64,000 nucleotides of DNA from assembly GCF_004010195.1 (NCBI RefSeq), contig NC_057749.1, positions 22,763,886 to 22,827,885 of the forward strand, in the 5' to 3' direction. Positions 25,251-37,663 of the stretch are shown in pieces. The notes beneath the pieces are model-generated. The model was not told the DNA's origin and did not search any database. It saw only the letters and a program-made list of their open reading frames with translations. The position numbers were made by a program, and so were the translations under genes. How positions within the stretch are numbered: the stretch's first letter is position 1; each line of letters opens with the position of its first letter. This DNA is from Chiloscyllium plagiosum. Its lineage: Eukaryota.

Positions 25251-25914
25251 CACATGTACCCTTTCCAGCTTCACCAACATCGCTTTGACAAATAAACAAA
25301 TAAACTGCTTCAATAACAAATGGCTAGCCAATCTATAGGTTCTAAGTAGCCCTGTAATACTGGAGGGCATTAGCAACAATAATCAGTCCAAGATACAATC
25401 ATTTTGCTGCCTGAGAGCTAGGAGTGGGATAGATATAATGAAACATTATTGTGTTGTTAACTCTTCCCCCACTGGGTGTGGATGGTGTCTCAGGGGACAC
25501 CCCGCCCCCCCACTATCCGGCTGAGGTCCCAGACTCAACAGATGTGTGGAAGAGAATCTGCATCTCCCGATGTTCACGAAGTACTGCACTGCACCACCAA
25601 GTAGGATCACATCACTGCAGGGACTCTGGGACGGACTAATATTAGCAAGTGATGTTGCGTATTCCCAAAAATGTGGAGGAGACTTCAGAAGCGGTGTGCT
25701 AGTTAACCCAAATAACTCACATTGTATTGTGTTTCTCAGCAAGCGAAATGTTCAAGAAGGACAGCAGAAAGTGGGAAACTGATAAAGGATGGCGATCGGA
25801 CACTTCGTCAATGAAAGCACAAAAACAGCTTTGCATTTCTCTACTGCCTTTGATCAGCTCATAACAGAACATTTTAATTCAATAGGTATCTGCAATTAAG
25901 AGTCTGATAAAGAC

Positions 25915-26105
25915 CATTATTCCATTGTTAATTGTCAGGAAAATCCCTTCTGCTTCACTAATGTCCTTTAGGGAAGGAATCTACCTGGTCTGGCCTACAT
26001 GTGACTCCAGACCCACAGCAATGTGGTTGACTCGCAAGTGCCCTCTGGGATGGGCTATAAATGCTGGCCTAGCCAGTGATACCCACATCCCATGAATGAA
26101 TTAAA
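25915..26105 (+). mobile_element. tRNA-derived SINE family B, 3' part
   Basis: ttcactaatgtcctttagggaagg...gactccagacccacagcaatgtggttgac...cccacatcccatgaatgaa. Confidence 0.85.
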
Positions 26106-26114
26106 AACAGGATT

Positions 26115-26432
26115 AGAGTCATAGAGATGTACAGCACGGAAACAGACTCTTCAGTCCAACCCGTCCATGCCGACCAGATATCCCAACCCAATCTAGTCCC
26201 ACCTGCCAGCACCCGGCCCATATCCCTCCAAACCCTTCCTATTCATATACCCATCCAGATGCCTTTTAAATGTTGCAATTGTACCAGCCTCCACCACATC
26301 CGCTGGCAGCTCATTCCATTCCCATACCACCCTCTGTGTGAAAAGGTTGCCCCTTAGGTCTTTTTATATCTCTTCCCTCTCACCCTAAACTTATGCCCTC
26401 TAGTTCTGGACTCCCCGACTCCAGGGAAAAGA
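26115..26432 (-). mobile_element. CR1/HER1 3' fragment
   Basis: Canonical tail and gtaccagcctccaccac motif. Confidence 0.93.
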
Positions 26433-26488
26433 CTTGTAGAGTCATGGTTAGAATCAGATCAACCATGATCTTTTTGAAAGGGGGAAAT

Positions 26489-27657
26489 ACCAACACATTC
26501 CACCCTGACCTTAAATTTACCTGGACCATCTCTGACACCTCCCTCCCCTTCCTGGACCTCTCCATCTCCATCAGTGACGACCGACTTGACACTGACATTT
26601 TCTACAAACCCACCGACTCCCACAGCTACCTGGATTACACCTCTTCCCACCCTACCTCTTGCAAAAATGCCATCCCGTATTCCCAATTCCTCCGCCTCCG
26701 CCGTATCAACTCCCAGGAGGAGCGGTTCCACCATAGAACACACCAGATGGCCTCCTTCTTTAGAGACCACAATTTCCCTTCCCACGTGGTTAAAGATGCC
26801 CTCCAACGCATCTCATCCACATCCCACACCTCCGCCCTCAGACCCAACCCCTCCAACCGCAACAAGGACAAAACGTTCCTGGTGCTCACCTTCCATCCTA
26901 CCAACCTTCGCATAAACCAAACCATCCGCCGACATTTCCCCAATGTAGAGGAGACCGCCTCCTTGCAGAGCGCTTTAGGAAACATCTCCGGGACACCCGC
27001 ACTAATCAACCACACTGCCCTGTGGCCCAATATTTCAACTCCCCCACCCACTCTGCCGAGGACATGGAGGTCCTGGGCCTCCTTCACCGCCGCTCCCTCA
27101 CCACCAGACGCCTGGAGGAAGAACGCCTCATCTTCCGCCTCGGAACACTTCAACCCCAGGGCATCAATGTGGATTTCAACAGTTTCCTCATTTCCCCTTC
27201 CCCCACCTCACCCTAGTTTCTTGAACTGAACTAATTGTCCATCTTCCTTCCCAACTATCCACTCCACCCTCCCCTCCGACATATCACAATCAATCCCACC
27301 TACATATTCTTATCGCCTTCCCAGTGACCCTCCCACCAGCCCAGCCCAGTATTTATCTTTCAGCCCCATTGCCCCCTCACCACATTCCTGACGATCTCCA
27401 CCCTCTCCTCCCTGACCTATCACCTTCATCTCCTCCCCCACCGCCCTATTGTACTCTATGCTACTCTATCTCCACCCCCACCCTCCTCTAGCTTATCTCT
27501 CCACGCTTCAGGCTCTCTGCCTTTATTCCTGATGAAGGGCTTTTGCCCGAAACGTCGATTTTGCCTGTCCTCGGATGCTGCCTGAATTGCTGTGCTCTTC
27601 CAGCACCACTGATCCAGAATCTGGTTTCCAGCATCTGCAGTCATTGTTTTTACCTCG
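26489..27657 (+). mobile_element. Neptune-type Penelope-like element, 5'-truncated and internally deleted (RT C-terminus, GIY-YIG C-terminus, pLTR)
   Basis: LKFTW...LPFLDL...FYKPTDSHSYLDYTSSHP...IPYSQFLRLRRI; VAQYFN...LEEERLIFRLGTLQPQGINVDF; 3' pLTR matches the fold-back arms. Confidence 0.93.
27525..27560 (+). ncRNA. Minimal hammerhead ribozyme motif
   Basis: attc-CTGATGA-A-gggc(tttt)gccc-GAAA-cg-TC-gatt. Confidence 0.7.
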
Positions 27658-27964
27658 TTGAAAGATCAAATGGCCTAGTCTTGCTTCTTGTTCATATGTT
27701 TATAATAAAGTCCTTTTCCACCAGTGGAGTACAGGGCATTTCAGAATCGTCATCACCGCTGTTATGTAGGATTATGCTTTGATGCACTTGTGAACGAGGA
27801 GAGAAATGGTAAAATGTTTCTGAAGAGTTTGAGAGGCATGAAAGCATTCAAGGAATGATGATGTTAAAAGTTGAGGAGGAGAGGTGGACATTCGATGGAG
27901 TAGAGTTACATAACCAGGAATGTGTGCATTGACATGACAACCAAGAGACGTACAGGATCGATTG

Positions 27965-28232
27965 GGTCTGTACCCATTTGGAATTTAGAAGAATGAGAGG
28001 TGATTTCATTGAAACACATAAGATCCTGAGGGGACTTTATAGGATGGATGCTAAAAAGATATTCCCCTTGTCGAAGTCACTCGAAATAGGAGACACTTTT
28101 GCAATGAGCATTTTAACTGGAGCTGAGGAGAATTTCTTTCTCTGTGAGGCTTGTGAGACTGCGGAACTGTCTTCCCTTGGAATTCAGCGGAGGCCAGGTC
28201 TTTGAACATTTAAAGACAGAGATCAATAGATT
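27965..28232 (+). mobile_element. CR1 3' fragment
   Basis: EFRRMRGDFIETHKILRG. Confidence 0.85.
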
Positions 28233-28648
28233 TGAGCATTGCTAAAAGAAAACATTTTGTGAAAGCTGTTGGTCTTGTGATCATCAGGTCAATTCACAAG
28301 GATACCAATTCAATGGGAAACCCAACATTTACACTGTACAAGAGAAGAGTACTGTTTGGTTGGACTTTGATGAGCAGAGGCGTTGGCATGGAGAATGCAC
28401 CAACTGATGATGATTGACAGTTAACTGTCAGACTTTGTTTAAATTTTAAACCATGCAGGTTAACTCTGTATGTTCAGGGCAATGTCCTAAGAAATGAACC
28501 AGGCACCGGCTGTCAAGTATCCTGTTGAGTTGAAACAGGTGTAGTGTGTGGTACAAATCCTTTCTGTGTGCAAAGAACATGGCCTGGTGTATTAATAATA
28601 TGGTTCTGATCACGGATTGGCCATGTTGGAGTTCATCAGTGGAGTACT

Positions 28649-28716
28649 GGCTCTTGCCTGAAACATTGACTCTCCTGCTCCTCAGATGCTGCGCTTTCCC
28701 AGCACCACATTCTCGA
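28649..28716 (+). mobile_element. PLE pLTR fragment
   Basis: cctgaaacattgactctcctgctcctcagatgctgc...ccagcaccacattctcga. Confidence 0.7.
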
Positions 28717-28933
28717 TGCATGTAATTTTTCCCCAGTGATCCTGTGTCACCTCCACTTGGAAAGCAGTTTGACTTCCAGCCCTCGTCATTGCAACAACTC
28801 ATCGGGAACCACAACAGCAGCGCTAGGCAAAATTTTTGGTAGCACTGATAGCAGGCAAGACAGATGAAGTGGACATGAAACAAAAAATGGAAATTAGTTT
28901 ACAGGAGAAGGCCACTCATGCTTTCGTGTTTCA

Positions 28934-29238
28934 TATAGAATCCCTGCAATGTGGAAGCAGGCCATTCAGCCCACACTGACCTTCCAAAAAGCATCACACC
29001 CACTGCCATTCCTGTACCCCTGTATTTCCCACCTCTAATCCATCTAGCATGCACATCCCTGGACAATTTAGCATGGCCAATCCACATAACCTCTAGATGC
29101 TTGGAGCACCCGGAGGAAACCCACGCAGACACGGGGAGAACGTGCAAACACCACACAGACAGTCAGCCGAGGCTGGAATCGAACCTGGGCCCCCGGTGCC
29201 GTGAGGCAGCAGTGCAAACCACTGAGCCACCGTGCCCA
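28934..29238 (-). mobile_element. HE1-type V-SINE
   Basis: ccactgagccaccgtgccc 5' end and V-domain. Confidence 0.93.
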
Positions 29239-30334
29239 CTTCTGTTGGCATTTCAACCAGAGCTATAGCAGAACAATGATGTCTGCAATTCAAAAGCAAT
29301 TCATCTGCTCTTTTGGAGATTCCGGTTTTACACCGATGCAATCCTTTCCTATTTCTGCATCTTTTTGAATGCTACACATTTAAATATTTATTCAATTCCC
29401 TTGTGAATAATAATGCTCCATCTCATCACCCATTGAAAACAAAGCACTAATATTCTAAGAAATCCTGTGTTTGTGCTACTCATCTGACTTCCTATTTCAC
29501 ACACAATTCAAATGTTATTACATAAAGAAGTGTCAAAAAGGAGCTTTCAGCTTGAATCAGCTCAGCTTCAACATACTGTACAAAAATAGCCACATTAGCA
29601 CATTTCATCATTATTTCTAACACTTTCCTCAATCACATACTGCAGTGAAATATTTAACTTTTGCACAAACAATTGTTCATCGAAAGACACACCCCTCTGC
29701 ACAGCAATAACAAACTGATCATGTTGCCCACAATTCTTATCTTGCTCTGTTCAACACATTGTCATGAGCAAGGAGGAACTGGCAAAAAATAGCAGCCATA
29801 GGGTTGAATTGAAGGCAAGCCTTGCAGAATTCAATAAGGTCCTTAAATTTTGAATGATAAAGCACACCAAGGTACGATATTTTATTAAAATACAGAAATA
29901 TTAAAAAACCAACTGAAAAACTGCACCAAAAAACTATTATCATGCATCCAACAATGCTAACACTTGGAGTAGCAGCTTATTTTCAAGTCTGGCTTTGCTG
30001 CAAATGTTTGTGGCTGGTTGAAGTGTAAAAGATTACTTAATCTTTTCCTCCGATATAAAGATAGAACAAACTTGCATGAATGTACATCTTTCACTGCCTC
30101 AGACACTGGAGTGGCTGACTGAATGCATAAAACTACTATCAAAATGCCCATTTTTAAAATCCCATTACAGACCGTTTAAATTGGGATACATTGACAAAAA
30201 TTGCACTGTCTTAATTACCCCACTGTCCTGCCTGAAGTTTGATTAAACTGAATCTTTCCACCCTTTACAGTTTAAAAACACCCTCCCTGGAGCAAGACGA
30301 CCAGAATTATAAGGAGTACTCCAAATGCGGCTTT

Positions 30335-30705
30335 ACAACTGTACAAGATATTGGTGAGGCCACATTTGGAGTACTGTGTACAATTCTGGTTGCCCTGCTA
30401 TAGGGAGGATGTTATTAAACTTGAAAGGGTGCAAAACAGGTTTACAAGAATGTTACTAAGGCTGGAAGGTTTGAGTTATGTGCAGAGGCTTAATAGGTTG
30501 GGATGATTTTCACTGGCACATTGGAGGCTGAGGGGTGACCTTCTAGAGGTTTGTAAAATCACGGGGGGCATAGATAGGATAAATAGACAAGGTCTTTTCC
30601 CTGGGGTGGGGGAGTCCAAATCTAGAGGGCATAGAGTCATAGAGATGTGCAGCATGGAAGCAGACGTGTCGGTCCATGCTGACCAGATAGCCTAACCTAA
30701 TCTAT
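30335..30705 (+). mobile_element. CR1 ORF2 C-terminal fragment (plus) fused to an inverted CR1 tail (30633-30705)
   Basis: ttggtgaggccacatttggagtactgtgtacaattctgg; agagtcatagagatg in reverse orientation. Confidence 0.88.
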
Positions 30706-30789
30706 GATTTGGAGATGCCGATGTTGGACTGGAATGTTTTACCAACAATGGACAGTTGGTAAAACTGTCACTGGTTGATGTTTTACCAA

Positions 30790-31780
30790 CCACAAAGGAA
30801 AATGGTCGCGGTGTAGAAGGTCAATTTTCTCAACCCTAGGAAACTTCCGGCGTTCCACAGGGTGGTTCCTAGGCTCAGCCATCTTCAGCTGCTTCATCAA
30901 TGACCTTCCTGTAAGGTCAGAAGCGGGGATGTTCTCTGAGTATTGTGCAGTGTTTAGCTTTGTTTGTAACTCCTCAGAAGTAGTCTGTGTTTATACGCAG
31001 CAAGCTCTGGACAACATCCAGTCTTGGGCTGATAAGTGGCAAGTAGCACTTATGCCACACAAGCACCAGGTAATGACCATCTCCAACGAGAGTAAATTGA
31101 ACCATCACCCCTTGCTGTTCGATGACATTACTATTACCTAATCACTCACTACCAACATCCTGACATTAATAGTGACTGGAAACTGATATGAACCAACATT
31201 GGCTACAAAAGGAAGTCAGAAGCCAGGAATTCTGCAGAGGTGGTAGAGACAGGCACGGTAGATTCATTTAAGATGCTTCTGGACAGATGCATGAGTAGGT
31301 GGGGAGCAGAGGAAACAGATGCTTCGGAATTGACCGACAGGTTTAGACAGTACAGTTAGATCGGCTCATGCTTAGAGGGCTGAAGGGCCTGTTCCTGGGG
31401 TGTAAATTTTCTTTGTTCTTTGTTCTATCTCCTGTCTATCCAGTATTTGTCCACCACCTATAAGGTACAAGTCATGGGTGTGGTGGAATATTCTCCAATA
31501 GCCTGGCTCATCGGAACTCCAACAATATTCAAGAAGCTTGACATCAATCCAGAACAAAACAGCTGTTTGATTGGTGCAACTATCCACCACCTTCAACATT
31601 CATTCTCTTTATCACCAATTAATTGTCAGCAAGATGCACTGTAGTAACTCAGCATTTTCCAAACCCACAACTTCTACCATCCGGAAGGATGAGGGCAGCA
31701 GATATATGGTAACCCCACCCCCTGCAGGGTACCCTCCAAGCCACTGACCACTTGCAAATGTAACACTGTTCTTTCAGTGG
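30790..31780 (+). mobile_element. Second-family LINE RT to 3' region, with a CR1 tail inserted (~31236-31425)
   Basis: QQALDNIQSWADKWQV; YKVQVMGVVEYSPIAW...KKLDI. Confidence 0.85.
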
Positions 31781-31989
31781 AAATCAAGAGAAAATAAACA
31801 ATATGTTTTTACAATTGCATTCCACCTACTGACCATGGATAGGCTCAGCAGATACAATGTGACAATCAAAATGAATGGCTATCATTTGCAGACCAACAAG
31901 ACAGCTATCCATGTACACAGACTGAATATCCCCAAGCAGCATTGGACACTTTGATCCAACCGAATCCAATCTATCTCTTAAAAAAAAGA

Positions 31990-32240
31990 CTCATATAATA
32001 CTGTCCACAATCTCAGGGAATCCCAGAGTACTTCACATCCCACAAAATAAAATGGAAATATTGTCATTCTTGTAACATAGGAAGTGCAGTTGACAATTTG
32101 AAATTAGTAAGCTCCCAGTAATAGCAATATAATAATGGCCAGATAATCTGCTTCGTTTAAACTTATTTTGGTCCTTGAGTTAGCATCTCATCACAAAGTC
32201 TGTCCCTAAGCCAGTGCCCTCGATACTGTACTACAGTACA
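31990..32240 (-). mobile_element. Degenerate DeuSINE fragment
   Basis: Reverse similarity to 60020-60350 (aagctccca...agcaat...ataatggccagataatctg). Confidence 0.55.
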
Positions 32241-32792
32241 GTTTTGTTCCTTTTGACAGAGAGGTTAGAGTACCAACAACGATGTCAAGGCTGAAAAAAT
32301 GCATGTAAAATATTTAAATCTGCACCTATCTAAATGGTCCATTAGTGGATTGTGACCCCAGGTCAACCACATGTTAATTCCCATGCAATAGGAGGCAGTG
32401 GGTGGATTGGTTGACTTTGTGTCATTTTTCAGAGTCTAATCCATTTCTAGGTTATATTCACTGCAGAGTCTGTCAGATGTTCTCACAGGAACCGTGAAAA
32501 ATGACAGCAACGTAACATTTTTAAAGCCACAATACCCTTTAATTTATCAAATCAAATATTCCAGTTTTCCATATTTGTCCAGGGGAATACTTCTGCAAAG
32601 GCTTGATTAATGGTTACGATAGCCCGTGACAGGATTCGATAAGTAACTCAACATTTTTTCCTTTTTCCAGTTTCCCATCCTGGGAAACGGTTTACGCATC
32701 AACGATGAGAGTTGGATTTTTGGGCTGACTGTGGAGAATGGGGTTCGCTGATCTCACACAGAACACTGCACCAGCCATGGTAAAGTAGGTGA

Positions 32793-33017
32793 AAGTGAGG
32801 GCTGCACATGCTGGAGATTAGCGTTGAGAATGTGGTGCTGGAAAAGCACAGCAGGTCAGGCAGCATCCGAGGAGCAGGAAAATCGGCGTTTCGGGCAAAA
32901 GCCTTTCATCAGGAATAGAGGTCTCATTCTCGATGAAGGGCTTTTGCCCGAAACGTCGATTTTCCTGCACCTGGGATGCTGCCTGATCTGCTGTGCTTTT
33001 CCAGCAGCACACTCTCG
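32793..33017. mobile_element. PLE pLTR fold-back mini-element with perfect 16-bp TSD
   Basis: Inverted arms; atggtaaagtaggtga at 32777-32792 and 33018-33033. Confidence 0.93.
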
Positions 33018-33286
33018 ATGGTAAAGTAGGTGACCACTCGATTCATCTATGACTTCTCACAACTGATCACTGAGCACTTTCGCTATGATCAGAGACACTG
33101 ACAGAGGAAATCCTGCTGATTGGTGAGTGGAATCCACTAGGATAGGGAGGAAAACTGAACAAAAAGACAGAAGCTGTTCCCTTGAAGCATTCATGTTTGT
33201 ATACGGTTGCATTTTCTTGCCAATTCAGTATAATCACAGGTTCCCACCTTACTGATTATATGAAACAATTGTTTTATGCCAACCTA

Positions 33287-33575
33287 AGGTGGTTAGTACT
33301 GCTGCCTCACAGCGCCAGAGACCTGGGTTCAATTCCCGCCTCAGGCGACTGACTGCGTGGAGTTTGCACGTTCTCCCCGTGTCTGCGTGGGTTTCCTCCG
33401 GGTGCTCCGGTTTCCTCCCACAGTCCAAAGATGTGCAGGGTCAGGTGAATTGACCAGTGTTAGGTAAAGGGGTAAATGTAGGGGTATGGATGGGTTGCGC
33501 TTCGGCGGGTCGGTGTGGACTTGTCGGGCCAAAGGGCCTGTTTCCACACTGTAATCTAATGTAATCTAAGTAATC
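33287..33575 (+). mobile_element. HE1-type V-SINE (young)
   Basis: Clean B-box and V-domain, CpGs retained. Confidence 0.95.
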
Positions 33576-34206
33576 TCAATTTATTTCTCTATTGTCTAAG
33601 ATCTTGTAACTAAAGAGTGCATCTAGGTACCTTTGTACCAAAGATGGTACTATGAGTGGCGACATATAAACTTTTCAATGTACTCATTGAGTATATGTGA
33701 CAGTAAAGATTAATTCTAATTCTAAATGGATTCTGATTTTTTTTGTTTAGGTTCTGCCACAGATAAAGGTTTTCTCAGAAATCCGTCCTTCAACACGTTG
33801 TTCCTGGGCCAGCTGTTCCTTAACTTAATAAAGTTTCAATAATTCTTGCCTTTAATGAAAATCGAGATCAAGAGGTAGCTCCCGACTTGAGAGTGAGAAT
33901 ATTTTATTACTTTCGAACAGTAAGGTCAAAAGTCAGTTACTTTGTGCGGATTTCAGGATTTTGAGCTGATATGAAAAGATTAGGTCCACTGCAGCAAACA
34001 CAGAGAACACTTGAGAAACTCAGCAGGTCTAGCAGCATTCGTGCAGAGCGAAACAGAGGTAATGTTTCAAATCTAGTATAATCCCTCATCAGAATTGTGC
34101 AGTGCAGACGTTGTTCTATTGTAAGTGTTGCTACACGTCAGTGACTGCATCAACAAGAAGTTATAAAAGTCCACAGTTAATCAAAAACTGGATAAAATGA
34201 AGCCTT

Positions 34207-34610
34207 CATAGAATCATAGGATCCTTACAGTTTGGAAGCAGGCCTTTTAGCTCAAGTCCACTCCTCTATCCTAGCCCTGTAACCCTGCATTTCCCATGGC
34301 TAATCCGCCGAGCCTGCACATCCCTAGGCACCATAGGCAGTTTAGAGAGTGTGTTGCTGGAAAAGCACAACAGGTTGGGCAGCATCTGAGGAGCAGGAAA
34401 GTTGACGTTTTGGGCCGGAGCCGTTCTTCAGTCCTTCCTGACGAAGGGCTCTGGCCCGAAACGTCGACTCTCCTGCTCTTCCGATGCTGCCTGACCTGCT
34501 GTGCTTTTCCAGCAACACACTCTCAGCTCTGATCTCCAGCATCTGCAGACCTCACTGTCTCCACTGTGGGCAGTTTAGCATGGCCAACCCACTTAACCTG
34601 CACATCTTTG
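34207..34610 (-). mobile_element. HE1 SINE 3' part hosting a PLE fold-back element (34346-34561)
   Basis: Imperfect 17-bp TSD caccataggcagtttag / cactgtgggcagtttag. Hammerhead core CTGACGA-A-gggc(tctg)gccc-GAAA-cg-TC at ~34438-34465. Confidence 0.88.
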
Positions 34611-34614
34611 AACT

Positions 34615-35270
34615 CATAGAGTCATACAGCAAGGAAACAGGCTCTTTGGTCCAGTCAGTCCAGGCTGACCATAATCCCAAACTAATCTAGTTCCATCTGC
34701 CTGTGCTTGGCCCATATTTGTCCAAACCTTTCCTATTCATCTACTTATCCAAACGTATTTTAAACTTGGTAAATGACGGCAGGGTGGATCAGTGGTTAGC
34801 ACTATTGCCTCACAGCACCAGGGTCCCAGGTTTGATTCCAGCCTTGGGTGACTGTCTTTGTGGAGTTTGCACATTCTCCCTGTGTCTGGGTGCTCTGGTT
34901 TCCTCCCACAGTCCAAAGATGTGCAGGTCAGGTGAATTGGCCATGCGAAATTACCCATAGTGTTAGGCGCATTAGTAAGAAGGGAATAGGTCTGGGTGGG
35001 TTACTCTTCAGAGGGTCAGTGTGGACTGGCTGGGCTGAAGGGCCTGTTTCCACACTGTAGGGAATCTAATCTGTACCTGCAGCCACCCCTTCCCCTGGAA
35101 ATTCACTCCATGAATGAAACAGTCTTTGGGCTAAAATATTTGCCCCTCGTGACTTTGTAAAATCTTTTTCCTCTCAACTTAAAAATCCCCACTCTAGGGA
35201 AAAGACACCTGCCATTCACCTTATCTGTATCCCCATGATTTTATCAACCTCTATAAGGTCACCTTTCAAC
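34615..35270 (-). mobile_element. CR1/HER1 3' fragment split by an HE1 SINE (~34777-35072, plus)
   Basis: Host breaks at ttttaaacttg and resumes at tgtacctgc. Confidence 0.85.
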
Positions 35271-35869
35271 CTTTCTCAACAATTTTCCTTGTGAAGAATT
35301 GACATTACTTTTGAAGCAGAAATATTGGGCAGAATTTTAACAATGGGGTGCCATTCCTATTGGTAGAAATAGGAGTGCGAACCTTTTTCACTCTCATAGT
35401 GATTCCCATGAGATTATAATTAAAATGTTGGCTGAAATGCAATTTTGAGATGAGGTAGGATTTTCAATGATGAAATTTACCTTCAACTGACAATTCAACA
35501 GGTACTAGGTTGCGGGGCAATTAAAGGGTCTCTTGAACAAGTAAAGAGTCTCTTAATCATGGCCAGCCATTGCTATTGACTAATACTCATTGGCAACACA
35601 ATGGGTATTTTTAAATTTTAAATTTCACTTATCAATATTTCCTCTTACTTTGGCTTCACTTGATTCCTGTGTGCACCATAGTATTTTTTTTGTTGTGGTG
35701 AGCTCAGTCAGAGAGTTACACATACCAGCACACCTCAGCTTATTGATGGTTCTGGGTGAGTCCGGAACATTCTATCATTTGGAAGAGACAATGCTGTGTC
35801 TTTGTGTCCATTCTATGTTGAATGACCATGTCAATGTCCAGTCTTGTACTCACCAACTGGGTGGGACAC

Positions 35870-36057
35870 CTTCCCCCCAGCCCCACTTCCCTCCCATTTA
35901 TCTCTCAGCCCCCTTGGGGCCACCCCACATTCCGGATGAAGGGCTTATGTTTGAAGCGGTGATTCTCCTGCTCCTCGGATGCTGCCTGACCCACTGTGCT
36001 TTTCCAGCACCACACTCTCGACTCTGATCTCCAGCATCTGCAGCCCTCGCTTTCTTC
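35870..36057 (+). mobile_element. PLE pLTR (single arm, decayed hammerhead)
   Basis: ccacattccggatgaagggcttatg...ccagcatctgcagccctcgctttc. Confidence 0.85.
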
Positions 36058-36064
36058 TTTGCCA

Positions 36065-36482
36065 GTTTATTCCCAGTTTAGAAGAATGTTTCTCATAGAA
36101 ACATCTAAAATTAGGAAGGGAATAGATAAAATTGAAACAGGGAGGTTGTTCCCACTGGCAGGTGAAACCAAAACTAGGGGCCATAGGCTCAAACTAAGGG
36201 GGAGCAGATTTAGGACCAAGTTGAGGAGGAACTTCTTCACCCAAGGGTTGTGAATCTATGGAATTCCCTACGCAAGGAAGCAGTTGAGGCACCTCGTTGA
36301 ACGCTTTTAAGGCAAAGATAGATGTTTGAACAGCAAAGGAATGAAGGGTGAGCGGGTGGGTAGGTGGAGCTGAGTCCACATAAAGGTCAGCCATGATCTC
36401 ATTGAATGGCGCAGCAGGGTCGATGGGCCAAATGGCCTACTCCTGCTCCTATTCATTCTGTTCTTATCATTTCTTATGTTCG
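36065..36482 (+). mobile_element. CR1 3' fragment
   Basis: TKTRGHRLKLRG...RRNFFTQ; ggcctactcctgctcctatt tail. Confidence 0.9.
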
Positions 36483-37663
36483 CGGTGATGCATTGTAAAG
36501 GGCATTGATCATTCTCAGTCTCAGTCCTGAGGTCACTCTCAGTGACAATGGACTTCCTTGCGTGTCGCCATTCTTCTGCTCTGCCGCAGAATCCAAAAAG
36601 GAAAACCACTGAACACTGCCACGTAGAATACTGGAACAGATGTAGACCATTCAGCCCCTCCAGCCTTCTCCACCTCCAAACCATACAAAGTCAACTGGTG
36701 TAGGCCATCTTCAGATGTATGAGAACCAGATGCCATCAGGTTTTCATGCACTGATGACTTGATCATGAAACTAGGACAGGTATTCCAATAGCTTTTGAAA
36801 ATAAGGATCAGGCATATGTATTACACCGTAGGAACTGACTGCAGGTTTCCCTGAGCCAAGACATGCCACTGCCTGCATCTCTGTACCTTAACCCCCAATT
36901 GGGGAAATTAAATCTCCGTGTCTATCAGTCACCCTGCCAAATTTCCTACTCTTGCAGGGTCCATAAAATTCCCTCATCATGCTCCCACAGCCATTGCCCC
37001 AGCACCTAGCTATCCATTGGACCCATGCTTTGTTTAATTGCACACAGCACTTTCAGAAATGTATTAAGCCTTAACTATCATCATTTTAACCTTTCTGCAG
37101 CCCTGACAATTTCTTGACTGTGTATCTCTATGCGATAACTGCTTTGTTCTGTGTAATCTAAGCAGTAAATTGAATCAGATAACATTCTGTACCTTTTAAC
37201 TGTTGTTAAAGATAATGACTATTCACAACACATCACATGATTTAATGATGGTGTGACAGATATGGGAAAAGCATAGAGTGGTTGAAAACAGATAACTCCT
37301 TCAAAGAGCTGGCAATAGAAACAATGGCCTGCCTGATCTTTTTCTATGCTGTAAAATCAATGATTGAATATCTCATTGTGTACTGTGAGATCGAACTGGG
37401 ATCAATCTGCTGCTGTAGGTTTCTCTCCTGTACATAGGTCCCCGATTTATAGATGTCTGACTTAAGAACATTCATATTTATAGAAGTGATCCCATGCAGG
37501 ATTTTAAAGACCCAACACACCAATGTTTCCTGTAGTTCCAGAACAGAACCCATTGGCAACCTGAGAACTGCCTTTACATTAATTTGGAAAAAATAGTGAC
37601 AATGATCGTTGCCAAAGTAATATTTGCACCATATGAGTGCTCATTTAAAAAAAAAGATTGTAG

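Noticed and set aside
28395..28610. Segment that may be an unclassified dispersed repeat
   Set aside because: No second copy in the window and no diagnostic termini.
32671..32779. Strong acceptor (ttttttcctttttccag) with a possible downstream donor
   Set aside because: All three frames contain stops; no support as a coding exon.
35327..36975. Possible Harbinger-like terminal inverted repeats (gggcagaatttta / ataaaattccct)
   Set aside because: Match is too short and imperfect, with no TSD or transposase remnant seen.
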